In this document: piece by piece, positions 38,237 to 47,648 of the stretch
Position numbering within the stretch: position 1 is the first letter of the stretch
Layout: each line of letters begins with the position of its first letter
Assembly: GCA_035446985.1 (NCBI GenBank)
Contig: DAOTGG010000003.1
Location: 1 to 56,369, forward strand
Direction: 5' to 3'
Source: Eubacteriales bacterium
GTDB lineage: Bacteria > Bacillota > Clostridia > Christensenellales > CAG-314
DNA: 56,369 nt
The notes under the pieces: model-generated
Told to the model about the DNA's origin: nothing
Seen by the model: only the letters and a program-made list of their open reading frames with translations
Databases searched by the model: none
Program-made: the position numbers and the translations under genes

Positions 38237-39108
38237 AAGGAATTATTTTAGCTGGCGGCACGGGCAGCAGACTTTTCCCGTCCACTTTGGCTTGTTCAAA
38301 ACAAATGCTGACCGTTTACGACAAGCCGATGATTTACTACCCGCTCTCGATACTTATGCTTGCGGGAATCCATGAAATTTTGATTATATCTACGCCCAGA
38401 GACATACCTTGCTTTAAAGAGCTATTCGGCGACGGAAAACAACTAGGATTAAATATATCTTACAAAATACAAGAGCAGCCGAAAGGTCTTGCGGAAGCGT
38501 TTATATTAGGCGAGGAATTTATCGGCAGTGATTCCGTATGTATGATCTTAGGCGACAACCTTTTTTACGGCAATTCGCTTTCGGCAGCCGTGCAAAGAGC
38601 GGCAAAACTCACGGAGGGCGCGGTACTGTTTTTATATCATGTTGACAATCCGTCGGATTACGGCGTGGCGACGATAGACAGTAACGGAGCCGTTACCGAG
38701 ATTGAAGAAAAACCGATTAATCCAAAATCACGTTACGCGGTTACGGGTTTGTATTTTTACGATAACGATATTGTAAATATAGCCAAATCCGTTACGCCGT
38801 CAAAAAGGGGCGAACTGGAAATAACGTCGGTAAATAACGAATACATAAAACGCGGAAAAGTCAGAGCGGAGTTTTTGAACAGAGGCAACGCTTGGCTTGA
38901 CACGGGCACGCACAAAACTATGCTTGAAGCGTCTATGTTTATACAAGCCATTGAGTCAAGACAAGGACTATATATCGCTTGTATCGAAGAAATCGCTTTT
39001 AGACAAGGCTTTATCGATAAAGAGCAGTTGATAGCCCTAGGTCAAAAAATGAAAAACAGCGATTACGGTCAATATTTACTGCGGCTTGCCGAAGGTGACG
39101 GAGTATGA
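38233..39108 (+). CDS. rfbA: glucose-1-phosphate thymidylyltransferase
   Basis: MKGIILAGGTGSRLFP and YDKPMIYYPLS are present. The start overlaps the upstream stop (ATGA). Confidence 0.93.
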   Translation: MKGIILAGGTGSRLFPSTLACSKQMLTVYDKPMIYYPLSILMLAGIHEILIISTPRDIPCFKELFGDGKQLGLNISYKIQEQPKGLAEAFILGEEFIGSDSVCMILGDNLFYGNSLSAAVQRAAKLTEGAVLFLYHVDNPSDYGVATIDSNGAVTEIEEKPINPKSRYAVTGLYFYDNDIVNIAKSVTPSKRGELEITSVNNEYIKRGKVRAEFLNRGNAWLDTGTHKTMLEASMFIQAIESRQGLYIACIEEIAFRQGFIDKEQLIALGQKMKNSDYGQYLLRLAEGDGV

Positions 39109-39986
39109 AAATACTTATCGTAGGTTGTTACGGACAATTAGGACGGGAATTAACTGAGATTTTAACCGGCGATTTTGCCGATATCGGAAAAATCGACGAC
39201 CGATATTTCGGCGCGCAAATTACGGGCGCGGATATAGACACTCTTGACGTAACGAACGAATTTTCACTCAATAATTATTTTGAAAATTTACGTCCCGATA
39301 TAGTGTTTAACTGTTCGGCGTATACGAATGTAGATAAAGCCGAAGAAGACGAAAAAACTGCTTACGCCGTTAACGCTACGGGCTGCTTGAATTTAGCAAA
39401 AGCGTGTAGTAGTTGCGGCGCGAAACTTGTTTCAGTTTCCACCGACTATGTTTTTGACGGCGAAAAAACAACGCCGTACGTCGAAACCGATACGCCAAAC
39501 CCACAAACCGTATATGGCTCGACGAAACTGCAAGGTGAAATTTTTATCGCGCAAAACCTTAAAGAGCATTTTATTGTCCGCACGGCGTGGCTGTACGGAA
39601 AACAAGGGAAAAATTTTGTGCGTACTATGCTGCGTTTAGGCAAAGAGCGTGATAGCGTGACGGTCGTAAACGACCAGTACGGTTGTCCCACGTACGCTAA
39701 CGACCTTGCGTATCATATGCTAAAAATCGCCTTAACAGAGCATTACGGCATATATCATTGTGTAAATAACGGCGTGTGCAGCTGGTACGACTTCGCCAAA
39801 GAAATTATGTATAAGGCAAAACTTGACTGCGTAGTCAAACCTATTACAAGCGAAGAATACGGAGCGAAAGTAAAACGCCCGCGTTTTTCCGCGCTTGAAA
39901 ACGATCGCCTGCGCAAAACTGTCGGCGATCAAATGCGAAAATGGGACGAAGCATTGGACAGTTTTTTGAAAGAAATCGAAATATAA
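39105..39986 (+). CDS. rfbD: dTDP-4-dehydrorhamnose reductase
   Basis: ILIVGCYGQLG, the STDYVFDG motif and YGSTKLQGE are present. Confidence 0.9.
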   Translation: MKILIVGCYGQLGRELTEILTGDFADIGKIDDRYFGAQITGADIDTLDVTNEFSLNNYFENLRPDIVFNCSAYTNVDKAEEDEKTAYAVNATGCLNLAKACSSCGAKLVSVSTDYVFDGEKTTPYVETDTPNPQTVYGSTKLQGEIFIAQNLKEHFIVRTAWLYGKQGKNFVRTMLRLGKERDSVTVVNDQYGCPTYANDLAYHMLKIALTEHYGIYHCVNNGVCSWYDFAKEIMYKAKLDCVVKPITSEEYGAKVKRPRFSALENDRLRKTVGDQMRKWDEALDSFLKEIEI

Positions 39987-40068
39987 ACATTAACTTTTTA
40001 AAAAAAATTTATAAAGCAAATATTATTAAAAAACGTTTTTAAAAAATTAAATAAGGAAGTAAATCGAA

Positions 40069-41118
40069 GTGAAAAAATATTTAGTGACGGGCGGCTGCGG
40101 CTTTATTGGCAGCAACTTTATTAAATACGTTTTAAATAAATATTCCGACATAAGCATCGTCAATCTTGACGCTCTTACATATGCGGGAAACTTGGAAAAC
40201 CTTGCGGAATTTGAAAAAGATCCGCGATACGCGTTTGCCAAAGGAGACATCAGAGACAAAAATGTCGTTCAAAATCTGTTTAATCAGCACGACTTTGATT
40301 GCGTTATCAATTTTGCCGCTGAAAGCCATGTTGATAGAAGCCTATTAGAGCCCGATTTATTTTGCCAGACCAATGTAAACGGAACGCTAAATCTACTAAA
40401 CGCCGCAAAAGAAGCGTGGAGCAAATGCGGGTATGTTAACAAAAGATATTTGCAAGTTTCCACAGACGAGGTTTACGGAACTTTGGGCAAAACGGGATAT
40501 TTTTCCGAGACTACTCCGCTTAGCCCGCGCAGCCCGTATTCGTCCAGCAAGGCGAGCGCGGATATGTTCGCTAGAGCGTATTTTCATACCTATCAAATGC
40601 CCGTTTTGATTACCCGCTGCTCAAACAATTACGGACCGTATCAGTTCCCCGAAAAACTAATACCGCTCGTATTCAATAACGTTTGCAACCTTAAAAACGT
40701 TCCCGTATATGGCGACGGACTGCAAATAAGAGACTGGCTTTACGTGACCGACCATTGTTCGGCTATCGACACAGTCATACATAACGGAAAAATCGGCGAA
40801 GTATATAATATCGGCGGTAATAACGAAAAGACCAATATCGAAATAGTCAAAGCGATAATTAACTACGTACATAATAATATCAATCCAAAAGCGGACGAAA
40901 ATCTTATCACGCACGTTACGGACAGGCTCGGTCACGACAGACGTTACGCAATCGACGCCAGTAAAATTAAAAACGAGCTGGGCTGGACTCCGCAAACTGA
41001 ATTTCATAAAGGTATAGAGCAAACGCTTAGCTGGTATAAAGATAATTCCGAGTGGCTTAAAAAGGTCACAAGCGGCGAATACAAAAATTATTATGACAAA
41101 ATGTATTTAGGCAGGTAA
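40069..41118 (+). CDS. rfbB: dTDP-glucose 4,6-dehydratase
   Basis: TGGCGFIGSNF, STDEVYG and YSSSKASAD (YxxxK) are present. The start is GTG with an AGGAAG RBS. Confidence 0.92.
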   Translation: MKKYLVTGGCGFIGSNFIKYVLNKYSDISIVNLDALTYAGNLENLAEFEKDPRYAFAKGDIRDKNVVQNLFNQHDFDCVINFAAESHVDRSLLEPDLFCQTNVNGTLNLLNAAKEAWSKCGYVNKRYLQVSTDEVYGTLGKTGYFSETTPLSPRSPYSSSKASADMFARAYFHTYQMPVLITRCSNNYGPYQFPEKLIPLVFNNVCNLKNVPVYGDGLQIRDWLYVTDHCSAIDTVIHNGKIGEVYNIGGNNEKTNIEIVKAIINYVHNNINPKADENLITHVTDRLGHDRRYAIDASKIKNELGWTPQTEFHKGIEQTLSWYKDNSEWLKKVTSGEYKNYYDKMYLGR

Positions 41119-41125
41119 AGAAAAA

Positions 41126-41686
41126 ATGGCAAAATTTGATTTTACCGCCTCGAAAATAAGCGGAGCTTTTATAATAGAACCAAGCGTATACGGCGACGCG
41201 CGCGGATTTTTTATGGAAACGTATAATAAAAAAGAATTTGCGAATGCTGGCATAAACATCGACTTTGTGCAGGACAATCATTCGCTTTCGCAAAAAAATG
41301 TATTGAGAGGTCTGCATTTTCAGACGGTTAATCCGCAAGACAAACTCGTAAGGGTAATACTCGGCGAAGTTTACGACGTTGCTGTCGATATAAGAAAAGA
41401 CAGCAAGACTTTTGGTCAATGGCAAGGGGTTTTATTGTCGGCTGCAAATAAACGCCAGTTTTTTATTCCGCGCGGGTGCGCTCACGGTTTTGCGGTAATA
41501 AGCGACACGGCGGAATTTGTCTACAAATGTTCGGATTTTTACACGCCCGAAGGCGAAGGGGGTATTATATGGAACGACCCGACTCTTATGATAGACTGGG
41601 CAAAATATATTGACATAGAAAAGGTGATGTTGTCGGAAAAAGACAAAAAATACCCTACTTTTAAGGAGTACAAAAGCAAGTTATGA
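41126..41686 (+). CDS. rfbC: dTDP-4-dehydrorhamnose 3,5-epimerase
   Basis: GDARGFF, RGLHFQ and FIPRGCAHGF are present. Confidence 0.92.
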   Translation: MAKFDFTASKISGAFIIEPSVYGDARGFFMETYNKKEFANAGINIDFVQDNHSLSQKNVLRGLHFQTVNPQDKLVRVILGEVYDVAVDIRKDSKTFGQWQGVLLSAANKRQFFIPRGCAHGFAVISDTAEFVYKCSDFYTPEGEGGIIWNDPTLMIDWAKYIDIEKVMLSEKDKKYPTFKEYKSKL

Positions 41687-42597
41687 AAAAAGTCAGCGTT
41701 TTGCTTTCTACATACAACGGTGAAAAATATCTGCGCGAGCAGATAGACAGCGTACTGGCGCAGGAAGGGGTGGAAATAACTCTTTTTGTAAGAGACGACG
41801 GCTCTACCGACGGCACAATAGAAATATTAAAAGAATACGCCGAAAAAGGGCTGTTAACCTATACTGCGGAAAAAAACGTCGGTTTTGCAAAAAGTTTTTT
41901 TTGGCTTGTTTGTAACGCGCCCCGTAACGATTTTTATGCATTTTGCGACCAGGACGATTATTGGCGCAAGGACAAGCTTTTTGCGGCGGCGGAAAAACTC
42001 TCAGTTTTTGATAACGCAAAGCCAAATTTATATTATTCCGCGTTAAAAGTAGTGGACGAAAATTTAGTGCAGACGCACGCGTCCACACACAGTGGCTATA
42101 CCGCGCCGCCTGCCGAACGCGTGTTCCCGTCCAGCCTTATGCAAAACTGGGTTTACGGCTGCACAATGGTTTTTAATGAAGAATTAAGACGGCTTTATTC
42201 GATATACGACCAGCCGCTTTATTGTCACGACTGGACGATGTATCAAATAGCGGCGGGGCTGGGCAATGTTGTTTTTGACGAAGTTCCTCACATTGACTAC
42301 CGTCAGCACGGAACGAACGTTTACGGATTTTTCAAATCGGGATTTAATGCCTTGAAAAAAAACTTGAAATTGTTTTTTGAAAAAGAAAGTAAAAATCTGC
42401 GTCTAACGGAAGCGGAAAAATACAAAGCGTGTTACTATGAAATGCTTAGCGAAACAAACAAAAAATATCTTGACGAGCTTACAAATTATAGAAGAAGCAG
42501 AAAGGATAAAAGAGCGTTCAAAAAAGACAAAGCCTTTAAAGAAAAAGGTATCGTCGGATTTTATCACAAAATACTGATCACTTTTAATAAACTTTAA
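41683..42597 (+). CDS. family 2 glycosyltransferase (rhamnosyltransferase-like)
   Basis: VSVLLSTYNGEKYLREQIDSVLAQ, RDDGSTDGT and CDQDDYW (DxD) are present. The start overlaps the rfbC stop. Confidence 0.8.
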   Translation: MKKVSVLLSTYNGEKYLREQIDSVLAQEGVEITLFVRDDGSTDGTIEILKEYAEKGLLTYTAEKNVGFAKSFFWLVCNAPRNDFYAFCDQDDYWRKDKLFAAAEKLSVFDNAKPNLYYSALKVVDENLVQTHASTHSGYTAPPAERVFPSSLMQNWVYGCTMVFNEELRRLYSIYDQPLYCHDWTMYQIAAGLGNVVFDEVPHIDYRQHGTNVYGFFKSGFNALKKNLKLFFEKESKNLRLTEAEKYKACYYEMLSETNKKYLDELTNYRRSRKDKRAFKKDKAFKEKGIVGFYHKILITFNKL

Positions 42598-42685
42598 GTT
42601 TTTTCTAAATGTATTTTAGATTTTTTGATGTTGTGAAATATTTTCCGCAAACATTAAGTTAGTATGATTAAAAAAATTTAAAATA

Positions 42686-42710
42686 AAAATCCCGCTTCAG
42701 GCGGGATTTT
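42686..42710. terminator. bidirectional hairpin between the convergent GT2 and GT28 genes
   Basis: A perfect 10-bp stem (aaaatcccgc / gcgggatttt) with a 5-nt loop. It includes the GT28 stop codon. Confidence 0.65.
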
Positions 42711-43878
42711 CTGTATTACCAAACATATTTATTATAGCGTCGGCGATTTGCTTGCCGCCGTTTTTTGTTTTGTCAAAAACCATTGTGTTTTCAACATAAG
42801 GGGTAATAAGCGACGGGTGTTTGATAAACTGCTCGATACGGTATTTAAAATCTTCTTTATCGCGAATGACTTCGCCGCATCCGTAGTAATCTACAAAAAG
42901 ATTTTTGGTATATTCTTCTATCGGCGTCGCCCAATAATTTATAATAATAGGCGTGTGCATAAACATACTGTCCAGTATCGCGTTAGGTCCCGCTTTTGTC
43001 ACAAAAATATCGCTGGCTTTGTAATATTCGCAAATATCGTTAGTAAATCCAATAGGGCGCAAATCTATATTGCGAGGTATTTTACCCGTCATTTTTTGAA
43101 AATATTCCAGTATCGATTTATTTTTGCCCGCGACGGGAATGACAGTCAATGGGAGATTGCTTTTGAGAAGTTCCATTGTGTAGCTTTTCATATTTGCCGA
43201 AGCGTACGCTCCGTCCGCGAGAATGACTGTAAAATTGTTGGGTTTTAAATTATATTTTTTTCTATATTCTTCTTTTGAGCCGTTCGTTTCAATGACGCTG
43301 TTTCGAGCCAAATAATCAACGGTCAAAACTTTGCTTTTTCTAAATCCGCGTTCGTCAATCGCTTCCTGCGTTGCGAAGGGATTGTTGTTTATAAGAATAT
43401 CGCAGCGGTTGTCCCACCAGCCGTGAACGTTATTGTCGGGATTGTATACAACCGTTTTTAGTTTCAGACTTCTCTTTTTTGCCCGCAGTTCTTCGGCAAA
43501 ATGCGCGGGCAGATAGTGCGTGTTTACGATAACGTCCACGCCAAGGTCTTCAATAAGCTCCATAGATTTTTTACGTACGGTGGGAGCGGTATTTAGATAA
43601 AAATATTTGAGAAGTTTTTGAGTGTCTTCGCTTAAAGACATCATTTGAAAAAGAAAATTTCCCCACGTTTTCATTTTGCTTGCCATCTTGACTTGAGAAA
43701 TCATTGAATTTTCCATATTTATCATGGCGGGGTCGTTTGTGCATTTAAAAAAATCTACGTCTATTACTTCGGCTCTGTCTCCGTAATATTTTTTTAACGC
43801 GTCGGATACTGCTTTCGCGCTGGTAATGTGTCCCATACCCGCTTCAACGTAGGTCACGGCTATTTTTATTTTTTTCAT
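42697..43878 (-). CDS. GT28 MGDG-synthase-like diacylglycerol glycosyltransferase (UgtP-like)
   Basis: The N-terminus KIAVTYVEAGMGHITSAKAV is typical of the MGDG_synth domain. The C-terminal half is GT-B like. Confidence 0.7.
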   Translation of the reverse strand: MKKIKIAVTYVEAGMGHITSAKAVSDALKKYYGDRAEVIDVDFFKCTNDPAMINMENSMISQVKMASKMKTWGNFLFQMMSLSEDTQKLLKYFYLNTAPTVRKKSMELIEDLGVDVIVNTHYLPAHFAEELRAKKRSLKLKTVVYNPDNNVHGWWDNRCDILINNNPFATQEAIDERGFRKSKVLTVDYLARNSVIETNGSKEEYRKKYNLKPNNFTVILADGAYASANMKSYTMELLKSNLPLTVIPVAGKNKSILEYFQKMTGKIPRNIDLRPIGFTNDICEYYKASDIFVTKAGPNAILDSMFMHTPIIINYWATPIEEYTKNLFVDYYGCGEVIRDKEDFKYRIEQFIKHPSLITPYVENTMVFDKTKNGGKQIADAIINMFGNTENPA

Positions 43879-43993
43879 TTTTTATTTTAACCACCTTTGC
43901 TTTATCGGTTTCCATATTTTAGCACATAGAAATATTTAAAACAATCTTTTAGTTAAATTATCCCCCGTCTTTCACATAAATTTCAAAAAGCGA

Positions 43994-44030
43994 CAAAAAA
44001 CGACGGCTATATTTTTAGCCGTCGCTTTTT
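43994..44030. terminator. terminator downstream of the P5CDH gene (bidirectional form)
   Basis: The stem cgacggct / agccgtcg (44001-44008 / 44017-44024) has an A-run before it and a T-run after it. Confidence 0.7.
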
Positions 44031-44046
44031 AAAATCTATCAAATTG

Positions 44047-45675
44047 TTATTTTTCTTGCATAAACGGATAGCCGTATTTTTCCGCGGGAACAAAAGTTTC
44101 TTTGATTGTGCGTGGGCTTACCCAGCGGTAAAGATTCAGCTTGCTGCCTGCCTTGTCATTCGTGCCGCTTCCGCGCGCTCCGCCGAAAGGCTGTTGACCT
44201 ACGACCGCGCCCGTGGGCTTGTCGTTGATATAAAAGTTACCAGCCGTGTTAGACAACGCTTTTTCCATTTTGATGATAACGTTTCTGTCTTGCGCGAAAA
44301 TCGCGCCCGTAAGCGCGTACGGCGAAAGTTTGTCGCAGTCGGCTAACGTTTCGTCGAGTTTGTCGTCGGGATAAACGTAAATGCTTAGTACCGGTCCAAA
44401 GATTTCTTCAACCATCGTTTTGAAACTCGGTTTGTTTGCCACGATTACGGTAGGCTCTACAAAATAACCGACGCTGTCATCGTAGCCGCCGCAAATTACT
44501 TCCGCGTCGGGCGAATTTTTCGCGTAATCAATATACGATTTAATGTTTTCAAAACTTGCTTTATCAATGACCGCTCCCATAAGATTGGTAAAATCGGTAA
44601 CGTCGCCCATTTTTATGGTTTTGATTTCACTAAGCAAGGATTTTTTTACGTCCTGCCAAATAGACTGAGGAATAAACGCGCGGCTTGCCGCCGAGCATTT
44701 TTGTCCTTGGAACTCAAACGAGCCTCTTACCATAGCGGTAACGAGAGCGGTTTTGTCCGCGGATTTATCCGCGAAAATAAAATCTTTTCCGCCTGTTTCG
44801 CCGACTAAGCGGGGATAGTTAAGGTAAGACGAAATATTTTCGCCGACAAGTTTCCAAATGCTGTTGAAAGTTGAAGTGGAACCTGTGAAATGGAATCCAG
44901 CCATACGGGGGTCTGACAAAACGTATTTGCTCGCTTCGCTTCCGACGCAAGGCATAAAGTTAATAACTCCGTCGGGCAGTCCCGCTTCCATCAATATTTT
45001 CATAACGTAATAGTTTGAAAGCATAGCGGTTGTCGCTGGTTTCCAAACGACTGTATTTCCCATAATAGCGGGACTTGTGCTAAGATTGCCGCCAATTGAA
45101 GTGAAGTTAAACGGCGAAATCGCAGCGACGAATCCTGCCAAAGGACGGTAGCTAAGTCTATTCCATACGCCTTTGCTGTTTTCGGGTTGTTCGCGGTAAA
45201 TCTCTTCCGCGTAATAAACATTGTAACGCAAAAAGTCTATAAATTCGCAAGCGGAGTCGATTTCCGCTTGGAAAACGGTTTTGCTTTGACCAAGCATTGT
45301 AGCGGCGTTAAGTAAAGCGCGGTATTTGCTGCTGATCAGCTCAGCCGCTTTCAAAAACACGGACGCGCGATGTTCAAACGGTGTGTCTTCCCAAGCCTGT
45401 TTTGCTGCCATTGCGGTGTCGCAAGCGAGTTTTAACTCTTTTTCGCCGGCAACGTAAAATCTTGCTAAAACGTGTTTATGGTTGTGGGGCATTACTACTT
45501 CTTTCACTCTGTCGGTGCGGTATTCTTTTCCGCCGATAATAACGGGAATTTCGACAACCAGATTAGATTGACGTTCCAACTCCGCCTTAAGAGCCTTTTT
45601 TTCGGGAGAGTTCGGTAAATATCCCAATATCGGCTCGTTATACGGTTTTGGTACGGTAAAGTTTGCGTTGTTCAT
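44047..45675 (-). CDS. pruA: 1-pyrroline-5-carboxylate (L-glutamate gamma-semialdehyde) dehydrogenase
   Basis: It is an aldehyde dehydrogenase with P5CDH-type motifs: FEFQGQKCSAASR, EEIFGPVLS, TGAVVGQQPFGGARGSGTNDKAGS, and the N-terminus FTVPKPYNEP. These parallel the remembered Thermus P5CDH. Confidence 0.85.
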   Translation of the reverse strand: MNNANFTVPKPYNEPILGYLPNSPEKKALKAELERQSNLVVEIPVIIGGKEYRTDRVKEVVMPHNHKHVLARFYVAGEKELKLACDTAMAAKQAWEDTPFEHRASVFLKAAELISSKYRALLNAATMLGQSKTVFQAEIDSACEFIDFLRYNVYYAEEIYREQPENSKGVWNRLSYRPLAGFVAAISPFNFTSIGGNLSTSPAIMGNTVVWKPATTAMLSNYYVMKILMEAGLPDGVINFMPCVGSEASKYVLSDPRMAGFHFTGSTSTFNSIWKLVGENISSYLNYPRLVGETGGKDFIFADKSADKTALVTAMVRGSFEFQGQKCSAASRAFIPQSIWQDVKKSLLSEIKTIKMGDVTDFTNLMGAVIDKASFENIKSYIDYAKNSPDAEVICGGYDDSVGYFVEPTVIVANKPSFKTMVEEIFGPVLSIYVYPDDKLDETLADCDKLSPYALTGAIFAQDRNVIIKMEKALSNTAGNFYINDKPTGAVVGQQPFGGARGSGTNDKAGSKLNLYRWVSPRTIKETFVPAEKYGYPFMQEK

Positions 45676-45718
45676 TAATCAGATTCTCCTTTAATACTTA
45701 TTTAACGGTCTTATTATA

Positions 45719-46870
45719 CTACACAACGCTCGGTTCGACAAATAATTCACCCTTTTTAAATCTGTCGTAACTGAGCTTGGAAATGTCGATAGTAGGAGTA
45801 AGCCCAAGAATGGTTTCAGCCATAACGACGCCTGTAACGGGACCAAACATAAATCCGTGTCCCGAAAAACCAGCCGCGATATAAAAACCGTCGACTTTGT
45901 CGGACATTCCGTAAATGGGCTGTCTGTCGGGTGACATATTGTATAGTCCTGCCCATTGACGAACGACTGTAAGCTCGCCGAGTAACGGCATAAGTTTTAC
46001 GCAGTTTTTAGCCATTTCTTCCATAAACTGCCAGCCGCTGCAAGTTTTCGTTCCGCAAGGCTCGTTTTTGTCGCCGCGTCCCATAATAAAACTGCCGTGA
46101 GGCGTTTGCTGACAATAAATATTGTGTACAAAGCCCATATACATAGGTCCTTGTAAATATTCGACCGGTTCGGTAACCAAAATCTGATGTCTTTCGCTGA
46201 AAACGGGTAAATCCACATTCACCATATCGGCTATTACTTTTGAGTATCCGCCCGCGGCGTCCAAAACTTTTGACGTGGAGATATATCCTTTGTCGGTCTG
46301 CACGCCTATTATTTTATTGTTTTTAACATCAATATTCGTGACTTTTGTTCTTTTTAGTATCGTTACGCCAAGTCTTTTCGCGGCGTTGGCGAACGCTTGA
46401 GTCGCTTGGAAAGGATTAAGATGTCCGTCCTGACGGCAGAAGGTGCCGCCGAGTATTTGAGTTTCGTCTATATGCGGTATGATTTCTTTCGCTTCTTTCG
46501 GGGTAACGAGTTTGCTTGGTATTCCAAGACTGTTTTGCAATTCGACGTTTTTGCGGAATTGGCTCATTTCTTTTTCGGTAGCCGCGACGATTAAATAACC
46601 TTCTTGCTTAAATTCGATATCATATTCGTAATCAAGTTCTTCCTGAGCTTTTTTGTATCTTTCGACGGCGTATTTTGACAAACGGCAGTTCATTTCCGTT
46701 CCCCACTGCATACGTATGCCCGCGCCGCATCTGCCTGTCGAACCGCTGGCGATATAATCGCGTTCGACCACGATAATGTCTTTCATTCCGCGTTTTGCCA
46801 ATTCGTAAGCGGTGGAAACGCCCGATATACCGCCGCCGATTATTACTATACTAGCTTTATATTCACTCAT
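45719..46870 (-). CDS. FAD-dependent oxidoreductase, sarcosine-oxidase-beta / proline-dehydrogenase-beta-like catalytic subunit
   Basis: A DAO-family dinucleotide fold is present (IVIIGGGISGVSTAYELAKRG). The start is set at MSEYKAS (46870), which overlaps the upstream stop (ATGAGTGA). The longer ORF start at 46903 would overlap more. Confidence 0.75.
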   Translation of the reverse strand: MSEYKASIVIIGGGISGVSTAYELAKRGMKDIIVVERDYIASGSTGRCGAGIRMQWGTEMNCRLSKYAVERYKKAQEELDYEYDIEFKQEGYLIVAATEKEMSQFRKNVELQNSLGIPSKLVTPKEAKEIIPHIDETQILGGTFCRQDGHLNPFQATQAFANAAKRLGVTILKRTKVTNIDVKNNKIIGVQTDKGYISTSKVLDAAGGYSKVIADMVNVDLPVFSERHQILVTEPVEYLQGPMYMGFVHNIYCQQTPHGSFIMGRGDKNEPCGTKTCSGWQFMEEMAKNCVKLMPLLGELTVVRQWAGLYNMSPDRQPIYGMSDKVDGFYIAAGFSGHGFMFGPVTGVVMAETILGLTPTIDISKLSYDRFKKGELFVEPSVV

Positions 46871-47633
46871 CGTCGTTATCCTCGCTTTGCGCCAGCATTC
46901 CAAGTTTTATGGGTTTGACGGGCGGTCTGAATGTCGATACGGGCATATCCTGAATTTTTTCGCCTGTCATTTTTGAAATTTCGTTCATAATAAGCTGTCT
47001 GCACGTTTTGCCTTGACAAGGTCCCATTCCCGCGCGTGAAATACGTTTGATTTCGTCCACACTGGTGTAACCTTGGCGGATAAGCTCGCGAATTTCGCCC
47101 AATGTCACTTCTTCGCAACGGCATAGATACGTGTTGTCGCTATATATATCGTCTATTTTGAAACATCTTACCGTCATTGACAGTTCTTTCGGAACAGCGA
47201 GCCAAACGACGGGAGTTTTGTCTTGCGCTGGGGTATTTAATACCTTTACGACTTTCGCGCGGCAGACGGCTTTTCCCGCTCTGTCAGTACCCGTGACAAA
47301 GGTTCCGTCTTCGGGTAACGGCAAAAACTCGTAAGGGAGTTTTACTAAAGCTTCGGTTTCGGAATAAGTTTCGTCTATTACAAAAATAGCCAACCCAGGG
47401 CAGTTGCTTATACATATACCGCAGCCCGTGCATTTGTCGGGGTTTACTTCGGGACGGTCGTTTATGTCGATAAGCGGCTTCATTGCGCCGAATTTGCAGG
47501 AAGTGTAGCACGGATTGCAAGGAATGTTTTGAAAACATTCGCATACGGCTATTGCGCCCTTGCCTCTGCGTTCTAACGAAGGAGTAACGGACTCGATTTG
47601 TTCTACGGTCGCTATACCTGTTTTTTCTAACAT
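46863..47633 (-). CDS. Fe-S subunit: ferredoxin-like 4Fe-4S motifs plus a BFD-like [2Fe-2S] domain
   Basis: CECFQNIPCNPCYTSC and CTGCGICISNCP are cluster motifs. CRCEEV...GPCQGKTC is the BFD-like pattern. Confidence 0.7.
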   Translation of the reverse strand: MLEKTGIATVEQIESVTPSLERRGKGAIAVCECFQNIPCNPCYTSCKFGAMKPLIDINDRPEVNPDKCTGCGICISNCPGLAIFVIDETYSETEALVKLPYEFLPLPEDGTFVTGTDRAGKAVCRAKVVKVLNTPAQDKTPVVWLAVPKELSMTVRCFKIDDIYSDNTYLCRCEEVTLGEIRELIRQGYTSVDEIKRISRAGMGPCQGKTCRQLIMNEISKMTGEKIQDMPVSTFRPPVKPIKLGMLAQSEDNDDE

Positions 47634-47648
47634 TTATTTCTCCTCCCC

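Noticed and set aside
40029-40040. A perfect 12-nt palindrome AAAAACGTTTTT between rfbD and rfbB.
   Set aside because: It is an AT-only short palindrome expected by chance in AT-rich spacers. It has no flanking stem extension or T-tract context that would suggest function.
42748-43248. A 166-aa plus-strand ORF opposite the GT28 gene.
   Set aside because: It is a shadow ORF. The minus-strand frame carries the MGDG-synthase N-terminal motif, an RBS and a terminator.
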